A model generated the notes under the pieces. The model did not search any database. It saw only the letters and a program-made list of their open reading frames with translations, and was not told the origin of the DNA. This document shows, one piece after another, positions 1-8,373 of a stretch of 50,852 nucleotides of DNA. Position numbers and translations under genes: made by a program. Source of the stretch: Macrostomum lignano (Eukaryota); the NCBI GenBank assembly GCA_002269645.1, contig NIVC01004312.1, positions 1 through 50,852 of the forward strand, written 5' to 3'. Numbering within the stretch: position 1 is the stretch's first letter; each line of letters opens with the position of its first letter.

Positions 1-297
1 ATATGTTATATATTCTTCCCAAAGTGGTAACTCTCTTCTGATCTAGGTTTAAATTTTTTATCAATACATAAAAATTCCAATGACTTTTTCAAATAACATT
101 TCGTTAGGTATGTTACCTATCCTTATAAACTTTGTATTCTCTCGAATAAGAAAATTGAAATAATATCCAACTAAATTAAAATCCTTTCAGAGTCTCGAAC
201 TTAATCCCTTTCCTTTATTTAAATGGAAAAGTTATTATATAAATAAACATTATTTCCGGGAATTAAAATTGGATCAGAAATGTCTCTTGTAAGATTC

Positions 298-462
298 TTA
301 AAATTGTGTTTTTAAAATAGTAATATGAGTTTTCAATCTTTTTTGTTTTTCAAATTGATATATTTTAGAACATGAATAACACATATGATATATATCTCCG
401 TTTGCTGTTTGCCCTCTGTGCATAGTCACATTACATTTATTACATTCGTAAATGTCTTTCAT
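298..462 (-). CDS. Small 54-aa viral ORF with CxxC...CxxC (zinc-ribbon-like); may continue through frameshifts toward the window start
   Basis: Hand translation MKDIYECNKCNVTMHRGQTANGDIYHMCYSCSKIYQFEKQKRLKTHITILKTQF. A-run before the ATG; divergent from the 490 ORF with only 27 bp between them. Confidence 0.45.
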   Translation of the reverse strand: MKDIYECNKCNVTMHRGQTANGDIYHMCYSCSKIYQFEKQKRLKTHITILKTQF

Positions 463-489
463 TTTTTTTATTATTTTTTAGATTAAAAA

Positions 490-822
490 ATGGAGAGCTG
501 GTTCAAAACCGATTCTAATGTGATTAATTATCTCACACCCAATATGTTGGAGAATAAAGAATATAATATTATATGTTTGAGACAGGTTAAATTTATTGGG
601 CTTCAATCAATATTTTTACAATTAGATGGGCAAAAAATTTTATGTCTAAGCGGAGATGATGTTAAAAATTTTCCTGTTTTAGTTATTAATAAACCTAAAG
701 CGTTTGTTATGAATACTGCAACGAGAGGTGGATTGCAATTTAAACTAAAACAAACAAATAATAAAAAGAGTGATAGGACTGTAAAATTGGCGGCTGTTTG
801 GGAGGATGACGACGAAGACTAA
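490..822 (+). CDS. Polinton orphan protein, 110 aa, beta-rich with acidic C-terminal tail (WEDDDED)
   Basis: ORF track; AAAAAATG start; AT-rich codon use like neighbouring viral genes. Confidence 0.7.
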   Translation: MESWFKTDSNVINYLTPNMLENKEYNIICLRQVKFIGLQSIFLQLDGQKILCLSGDDVKNFPVLVINKPKAFVMNTATRGGLQFKLKQTNNKKSDRTVKLAAVWEDDDED

Positions 823-837
823 ATTTTTTATAAGAAA

Positions 838-1296
838 ATGGATACGATAAAAATCCTTATCACTAAAGAGCGTGAACTTAATGATATTAATAAAAAAATA
901 AATATAATTATATCTCAGAAATATCATGAGTATGGGGACGATATGTTTCCCATCCGATATGAAATGGATAAAAGAAAACGTTTTATTAAATCTGCAATTG
1001 CTTATGCTGAAACAGTAATTGAAATCGAAATAGATAGGTTGGTTAGAAAAATAAAAAAACTTAGGAAAAAAATAAAGGATTGTTTAAGTTACCCTGACGA
1101 CTGCGAGGAAAATTGGCCTTCAATATTATATGAAATCGAAATGGATATTATGCTTAAACAATTACATGCTTTAGTTTTTTTCCGCCCGAAGGGTCGCGGA
1201 TTTTATCCGATAAGTAATTTTTCTGTTAATCTCTTCCAGTTATTCAAGACTTTTTCCTTATTTAATTTTTTAAGTTCTTTTGGAAATGTTGAATAA
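838..1296 (+). CDS. Polinton orphan protein, Lys/Ile-rich, likely coiled-coil; true 3' end uncertain
   Basis: ORF track; starts 15 bp after the previous stop with GAAAATG. The 3' end overlaps the convergent 1203-1451 ORF and runs through a T-run, so a frameshift near 1175 is possible. Confidence 0.6.
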   Translation: MDTIKILITKERELNDINKKINIIISQKYHEYGDDMFPIRYEMDKRKRFIKSAIAYAETVIEIEIDRLVRKIKKLRKKIKDCLSYPDDCEENWPSILYEIEMDIMLKQLHALVFFRPKGRGFYPISNFSVNLFQLFKTFSLFNFLSSFGNVE

Positions 1297-1451
1297 TAAT
1301 TATCTATATCTTTTTCATATTCTAGAAATGTATTATATTCACAATCACATTCGGATTCACAATCACAATCGTAATAATAATTATTTATTGCCGCTTTGTA
1401 TTCATTATATTTACTTATTATATCTTCTTTTTGTTTTTTATCTTTTATCAT
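1203..1451 (-). CDS. Small 82-aa viral ORF (K/Y/acidic, DCDCESECDCE segment) coupled to the polB stop
   Basis: Its ATG overlaps the reconstructed polB TGA (ATGA, 1448-1451). Confidence 0.6.
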   Translation of the reverse strand: MIKDKKQKEDIISKYNEYKAAINNYYYDCDCESECDCEYNTFLEYEKDIDNYYSTFPKELKKLNKEKVLNNWKRLTEKLLIG

Positions 1452-4400
1452 ATTTTTATCTCTTCTTTTAAACCATATGGATATGTTTTAATTTTATCAT
1501 CTAAATACCTTTTATCATCAAATGGACTTAATGTTTTTTTATCTGTCTCGATGACAAACATCTGATGCTTTTCTGAATTTAATCGATATTGTGGAGCATG
1601 ATAATTTTCAATTGTATTAAGGTAATCTAAAAGTACGTTTTTATAATCATCAAATGTTATCTTTTTTACTGCTGCTCTTGATACCCCTTTTATTTTTTTT
1701 ACCTCTCCCTCCTGTCCTAAAACCTTAAATGCATAGCATTTGATCTTATTGCTATAAACTCGGTTATGATTTTGCTATTTAATTCATCTTTCATTTTAAG
1801 TACAACTTTTTTATTTTGATCTGATTTTAAAGGATGGTTATCCGGATAGTCGGAGGTATCCAGTGTATCCTTAATTTTTTCCATATCTTTATAGACATCG
1901 AACCTTTGGTTCGTGGGCTTTGCCCGATCATCTGTTTCAACCTTAAATACCAAACTGTCGGTGTCTGCATATATTGGATAGTTATCTGGCCATGTTTTAT
2001 TTATAACATCATAATAGTATTCATACATTACCAGCTTTGCATAATCTAAAACAACCATTCCAATAAATATTGGTTTAAGAAATTTTGTTGTTTTATTTCT
2101 CATATGAATACCCATAAAGTTATCATCAAATTTTATAAAGTCTTTAAAGTTAGGTTTTGAGAAATATTTCTTTGCTTTATCAATATCCTTTTCTAAATGG
2201 AATTGGGTTCTATCTCTAATATTTTCAACCGTTTTTCCATAAAAAGCATTATTCATTAATTTCCAATAATCTTTCTCAAAATTTGTTTTTGACATCTGTC
2301 TCTGATTTGAATTAAAGTCAATATATTTAGCTAACCAATCTTCCTCAATAAACGATATTGTTCGATGTACTTTAGACACTTTTAATCCCTGTTTTTCATA
2401 AAATTGTAGAAGCTTATAATGCACTACATAGTTTTTCTTATCATGTAAATTTAATATTAATTTTTTTGTTGCTAGATGTTTTGCATTATCTACTTTAAGA
2501 TAATCTTTTTGTGTTTGTGATAAATCATCTTCATTAACTGAACAATGCTCTGGAGCTAAAGGATATTTATATGTTTTTGCTTTTGCTTCCCGAGTATATT
2601 GCAAATCCACCTCTACAATACAGCCCCTTCCTTCGGGAATATTTTTGTAATAATCGGGGTCATCTTCCCATTGGAAATCAGCTATTGGTAATTTTTGTTT
2701 CATACAACCACCGTATAAATTGTTTGCATCTAGATATAATACATATGATGATTTTTCTTTTTTATTATAATTTGGAAGATACTTATTATTTACTTTAGTA
2801 TATCTATCTCCTAGTACACCCGAGAATCCGCCGCGAATTCCTCTCTCAATCATTAACAACATATCATGATCAGTTAGTAAATCAATCTTAACATCTGTAT
2901 GTTTCAAACCACAAGCCCATGTTAATCCCGGTGCACTGAAACAATATGCGGGATCAATTTTAAAATTCTCATATGTATGATTCCTAAAGTTTTCAAATGC
3001 ATCAGCTAATAGGAGAACATCTGCTTTAAGATATAGATTATGATAATCTTTAAATGTTTTACAATTAAAGTATTTCCATACTTTTTGAGCGTGTTCATAA
3101 TCCGATTCACTTATATTTGATTGTGATAATGTGGAATAAAACTTTTCTATGGGCGGTAATTCGGTATGAAAAAATACGTCTTCAGATGTTACATATTCAT
3201 ATGGATAGATGCCCTTACGAGTTAATAGCATTAGTTCTTCCTCGGATAGTTTTTCTTTTTGAACGATTCAATAGTATTGGAAAGTTTTTCTTTACTATTT
3301 CTAAATCCCATGGTTTTGGAACTAATGATGAAACAACATTTGCTAAAGATGTTGATAAGAATCTCAAGGAATCTAGAAAAACTAGATGGGAGTATTTCTT
3401 ACCATATGTTATTGATATGTAATTTTCTGATGTTTTAGGTAATATATTTATTTCATATTCATCCTTTCCTAAATGAAGCAATTCTCGAACTAAGAAATGA
3501 AAATCATATCCGGAACCATTATGAAAAAATACTGGTATTTCCTTACATCCTTTTCCTTCTTTTGCATTACATGATCTACATGCTGCCCTCGATAATTTCC
3601 TGTTAGATGACAATGTTCTCGTATCTTATTATTCTTACTTAAATGTCTTTTGCACATAAAACAATTTGTTGCATTTTTATAATTGTCTCTATCCTTATTT
3701 GTCATATTAATATTTTTTGATAATTTATCATATTGATTTTGAATATATTCAAATACATTTACTAATGATTCTGCCATGTGCTTAGCTGCATCATTACCGT
3801 GGTAAGTAATCATCCTTGATTTAAATATATGATCAGCTACAGAGTGTACATATATACAATAACTATTCGGAAACTGTTGTGCCAATTTTTTTGTGCATTC
3901 GTCCCGTAGGGTCGCGTGCTTTGCACGATCCCCATCATCAGATGCCGTCTGTGATTCTTTTAAGGGAACATTTGTTGCTTCAAAATCAGCATATATTACT
4001 ATTGGTTTTTTAACTGCCATATAATGTTGTTGGAACTTTAGGGTTGCATCTTCAGATGCTGGCATTATAGCATTAGTAAATTTGTGATCTAAACAAAATC
4101 GTTGGTGGTTTTTAAGAGCTGTTTCATCCTTTTTAAATGTAAAACAATTTCTACATAGTGGATATCTATTTCTATTTTCTCTTAAAAAAGAACTAATATC
4201 TTTTATGTATATATAATGTGTTTCATTTTCGCGCTGCATGTACAAAAGATCGATTTGATCTGGTGCTGTTATATCAGTTGCTGGCTTAACAAGATAACAC
4301 CTTTTCTTATACCATTCTGGATCGGTTAAAATTTCTTCTAGATCTTTTGGTTCTTCAATTGTAAACACATTAATATTTAAACCATTCATTTTTTCAATCT

Positions 4401-5181
4401 TATATATATCATCTATTGCTACTGGGTATGATATGTTTTTCATTATTATTTCATCCTCATATTGTCTATAATTATATATTTTATTAATGTGTGATTCTAC
4501 TTGATTGTGATATTTATGAATTAATAAACACCATAATAAACATTTATTATCTTTATTGTCTGGATTTATAATCATAGGTGATTTAAATTTGAGCTTCATA
4601 TGTGATCGTCCTTTAAGAATTTCTATAGGTGCAATCTTTACTATTGCTGAATTACAGGATACAAATATAAACCCAGATCCGTTTTCTGTCATCTTATCTA
4701 TCCATTCATCAAACTCAGCTTCTATTTGATCGAATTGATTGTTGTAATTTCCCATTGATAATAATGTTTTATATGATTCTTGTGAAAAGTTATTTATTAC
4801 TTCAATTTCTGAATTTGCATTAAGAATATTTGGTTTTTTAAATTCTGTTTCAACTTCTATTTTATACTTAATTGGCTGTCGTTTGTTATTTGGCCTTATA
4901 GTATAATTGATTAATATGGTCTTTAATTTATCTTTCATTTGTTTAAAATATTCTTTATAATTTGTATTTATATCTATATCTATATATATTACTTCAGCTC
5001 CATTTTGTCCTTGTGGTTGGAGGTTATCAATATCATTTAATTGTCTTTCTAAACGTATCTCATTTTCTGCCCTAATTCTTGCTTCTATTTCAGCCCTATC
5101 GGCAATTCGTTGTGCTTCGATTTGAGCTATTAATTGTGCTCTAAGTTCAGGGTTGTCGATTTGAGCTAAAATTGCTTCCAT
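1448..5181 (-). CDS. polB: Protein-primed family B DNA polymerase (pPolB), about 1244 aa after repairing three single-base indels; N-terminal terminal-protein/OTU-like region, C2H2 finger and EndoVII/HNH insert
   Basis: ExoI YADFE, ExoII HNGSGYDFHFL, ExoIII YLKADVLLLAD, motif A YLDANNLYG, motif B KLMNNAFYGK, motif C YADTDSL. HNH-like CFMC...EHCHLTGNYRG/AACRSCN. Frameshifts: -1 in C-run 3586-3588, +1 in T-runs 3250-3260, -1 in T-run 1739-1741. The repaired C-terminus is RSKCYAFKVLG...KKTLSPFDDKRYLDDKIKTYPYG...EIKI*. Confidence 0.95.
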
Positions 5182-5265
5182 TTTATAGAATAAAATTTAT
5201 ATAATGTTTGAATTATTGATTTTTTAATTTTGTGTTTTTGGTGTCCTGACCCACCCCCCAGGAGC

Positions 5266-6259
5266 CTATTCGAGATCTGCTTTTGGTAACAGTAATCCAT
5301 TGCCCATAACGTTTGAATTTAAGAAAATTCCTGAACCTGCTTTTGGTCTCATTTCGAGATATAATCCGCTTCCGTCGTGTTTTTCAATGATATTAAAATC
5401 TTTTCCTAATTTATTAAAAATTTTCTGAACAGCTGGTCTAAAATTGGATCCAATATTGTCAAAAAATCCTTTAGCTTTCTCACCCGTTTTTTCTAAAGTT
5501 TGACCAAATTCATGTAGTTTATCTGCGACAAGTCCACTTCCTTGGGTTGTTCCTTTTAGTACCAAACCATTCCCGTGATTTGTTCCTTGCAAGAGTAAAC
5601 CTTTTCCAGCTGATAACCTAGCTTCTGCATTTCTTTTTTGCTCAGCTGTTGCTGAACTACTATTAATTGTATCGATAAGTTTTTGTTTAAATTGTGCGTC
5701 CTGCGTTATTTGCTGTCTTTGAAATTCGGCCTCTCTTTTAGCTTTTTCGTCCGCAGCTTTTTTGTCATTTACTGCTTTTGCAATTCCAGCTGCTCCGCCA
5801 GCAACTCTCCAGCTGCTCCAATTCCTGCAAAAATTATTGGGAGCAAAGCTGCAAGGGGCAAGATTCCCCCCTGTTTCGCTCTTAACTCTCCTAGCTGTTT
5901 TACATTATCATGAATTCTTTTTCCGGCTAAACCGACTGCTCCAGCTGCGCCAAGTCCTAAAAGAAGCGGTAGAATGGGTAGTAATCCGCCGTCCTTTTTA
6001 GTGTGAGTCTCCATTAAAAATTTCACATCGGAGTCTGTCAACCTATAATTTCTGCCGCGATTCTTAAAGATATTGGCCTTCCTTCTTGTGCATATTTTGC
6101 TGCGAGTTTAAATGTATCGATGTCGTAGTCAAACTTTTTACCTAATCGATCCAATCTTTTTAACATTGTGTGGGTTTGCTTATTATCATCAAGATTTAAG
6201 GTATCTACAATTTCTCCTATAAAATATAACCGGTTTTCATCATCATTAACTGAGCCCAT
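5266..6259 (-). CDS. Core/pX-like polyprotein, about 331 aa when three ORF-track fragments are joined
   Basis: Adding one base near 6040 gives ...AAEIIG-LTDSDVKF...; adding one near 5806 gives ...FAGIGAAGxVAGGAAGIAKAVNDKK...LSAGKGLLLQGTNHGNGL.... Two GG-(L/I)LP hydrophobic segments resemble adenovirus pX (GGFLPALIP). Repeated G-x-G-(L/I) motifs. Confidence 0.75.
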
Positions 6260-6269
6260 TTTTATATTG

Positions 6270-6668
6270 TTAAAATTTCTTTAATCCTTTTCCACCTTTA
6301 ATAGTATTTAACATTTTATTAAAATCCTGAATATCTTTATTACTTATTGGTGCGCTTTTCGTGGGGGTTTCTGTTGGTTGTGCGGCTTGTGCCAGCTTTA
6401 AATCTTTTATTGCATTTATTTGTGAGAGGGTGTCGTTAAAATCTCTCAATTTCTTTAGTTCTTCTGCCGCTCTAGCTGCTTCAATTCCTCCTTTTACAGC
6501 ATTTGTTATAGAGCCTGCTGCAGAGCCAGCTTGCCCTATAAGCCCCATATTGTCTTTAACAAAATTTGCTGCTGTTCCAACCAAATCAAAAAGTCCCTCA
6601 CCTCGGTATTCAATTGGATCTCCTACCTGATACTCATTTATATTTTGCACATGTGTAACGTGTGTCAT
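6270..6668 (-). CDS. pVI-like putative membrane-lytic virion protein, 132 aa
   Basis: True ATG at 6668 (CAAAAAATG). YRGE-GLFDLVGTAANFVKDNMGLIG amphipathic helix follows a GxG site; C-terminus IKGG-KGLKKF. Confidence 0.7.
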   Translation of the reverse strand: MTHVTHVQNINEYQVGDPIEYRGEGLFDLVGTAANFVKDNMGLIGQAGSAAGSITNAVKGGIEAARAAEELKKLRDFNDTLSQINAIKDLKLAQAAQPTETPTKSAPISNKDIQDFNKMLNTIKGGKGLKKF

Positions 6669-7077
6669 TTTTTGTTCTATTTTTAGTAACAGAAAAAAAG
6701 AATACGAGAACACACAAAAGAATATTTTTCAACCCAAGATGGTGTATATACTGCATTGAGTCATTTTTTTCTGGACGTCCAGAATTTTTCTGGACGATTT
6801 GTTAAAAACTTATTCATTGATGGTGGGCACCCCATTTTACTTGTGACGCGCGGAGCCTGTCTTCTTCTTCCTGAGAGATGAGCTAGAACTGGGTTGATGG
6901 CTGTGGTTTTTATAGAGTTGGATGGCTGAGTGGGCGTTCAATTCCTGCTACGGCAAGATTTTGCAAGCTAGCCAATAGTGGCTATGAGAGTAATTTTTTG
7001 TTGAGTGTTACTATTACCATGACTCAGTTTAAACTCTTTTGTGACCCTTCGCGCCTGCGGCGCGGGCAAGGGGTTAT

Positions 7078-7351
7078 AGAGTAGTAGTATAGAAAAAGAC
7101 GCTTCTAGATCAGACCTTATTTTAATTACCGTTTTTAAGGTCTTAAGAGGGGGGACGCGAGGGGAGTATTGGGGAGTGTTTGGAAGTGTTGGGATTGATT
7201 TTTATTGTTAGGGGTGATTATGGGTGATTAGATGTGTTAAGGGTGATTAGATGTGTTTTTTTATTTACCCCCCGTGTCCCCCCTCTAGACCCTTAAAACG
7301 GTAATTAAAAAAGTGCTCTGGGTCTAGAAGCGTCTTTTTCTATACTACTCT
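7078..7351. repeat. Terminal inverted repeat pair (arms about 7078-7165 and 7268-7351) enclosing a ~100-bp G/T-skewed loop
   Basis: AGTAGTATAGAAAAAGACGCTTCTAGA (27 nt) is identical in both arms; further identical blocks TTTTAATTACCGTTTT and GAGGGGGGAC. Confidence 0.9.
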
Positions 7352-8373
7352 CAACTCAGTCACGATGCTTTTTGATTTATGAATGCCTGGACTGCTAAAT
7401 CACAACAGTTATAGGAGAACCTACTGCTTCAGTATATATATTTATATTTTACGAGTTCTATGTGCAGGTATAGTATAGGATAGCATAGCTTATCATAGTT
7501 TCTCTGAACTTTGTTCTTGGTTATATTAATCAGGTAATCAAATATAGATTGGAATACAGTTTATGCTGGGCGGTGTTAATATAAAATTATATATTTATTA
7601 GCGCGTATATTGGGCTGACAGAGACCAGAGGGCTTTCTATTCTAAATAGCCGGTCGATACCATGGACAGCTGTAGTAAAAGGACTCTAAAACTACATGTA
7701 GATTTTATTAGAAAGGAGCTGGAGGCATCGCAAGTAGGGCAGTACGAATCTGATTTTTCTCAAACCGATTTTGTCTATGGTAAAACTCCATCCTCTGCCG
7801 CATTGCCCAACATCGTTAATAGCTGGTCTGCTCTCGACAACATCATTGCTCGCGCAAAAAACTTTGTAGCGCCACCAGTAAAACTGCTGCTGCTGCTGCA
7901 CTGGTGGTCACCTTCTGGGCTTTGCAGCCGTGTTTCTGCTTCTCTGATTTTTGGGTTCCTGCCCTCCCGTTCTTTTGTTTTCTCGTTCGTTAATACGTCC
8001 GTCATTCGATTTATTGACATATTCTTAAATTTTTAACTTCTTTTTAAGCTGATAAATAAACATGTGTTCGTCTTACCTTCAATCAGCCAGCCCCCACATT
8101 TCTTACTCACTAAAGCCGAGTTTCTAGTCCCTTCTTTCTATGGTAAATTTATATCGCAGAAGTCCCTGGCTGAATGCACTGGCAATACGATAAACATACG
8201 TTCCTTACTGGCTCAACCTCATATCTAAGAAAACTGAGTAAAGCCTCCTTTTTACGTCAGGTGTCCACGGTCACAATATTAAAATACTTGTGGAGTTTTA
8301 GGGTTAAAGTTTTTTTTAAACCGAGACATCTTAAACTACTGTCAATTGTCTTTTGACGAAATGAGTTTACAGC

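Larger units (their letters stand above)
1..7351. mobile_element. Polinton/Maverick (adintovirus-like) element, right-hand part; left part lies outside the window
   Basis: Very AT-rich, intronless, tightly packed ORFs with AAA-ATG starts. Protein-primed PolB and pX-/pVI-like proteins. Terminus ends ...TATACTACTCT at 7351 (reverse complement AGAGTAGTATA, the typical Polinton AG/AGT microsatellite end). No integrase, capsid, ATPase or protease gene seen in the window. Confidence 0.9.

Noticed and set aside
2625-2640. CCCGAAGG near-match to the hairpin module
   Set aside because: Incomplete stem; encodes PEGRG at a normal PolB position with no obvious length change.
3250-3590. Programmed ribosomal frameshifting in polB
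   Set aside because: Opposite-sign shifts in plain homopolymers with no slippery heptamer plus structure; the same lesion type occurs in a host gene.
7078-7351. Independent mini-Polinton insertion with its own TSD
   Set aside because: Flanks GGTTAT and CAACTC do not match; kept only as an alternative in the findings.
1-7351. Bacterial, phage or mitochondrial plasmid contamination
   Set aside because: The PolB type, pX/pVI-like genes and AGT termini fit a Polinton, and the sequence joins host DNA at 7351. A chimeric join cannot be excluded without reads.
7662-8036. Short overlapping ORFs on both strands
   Set aside because: No recognisable motifs or splice support; probably 3' flank of the neuropeptide gene.
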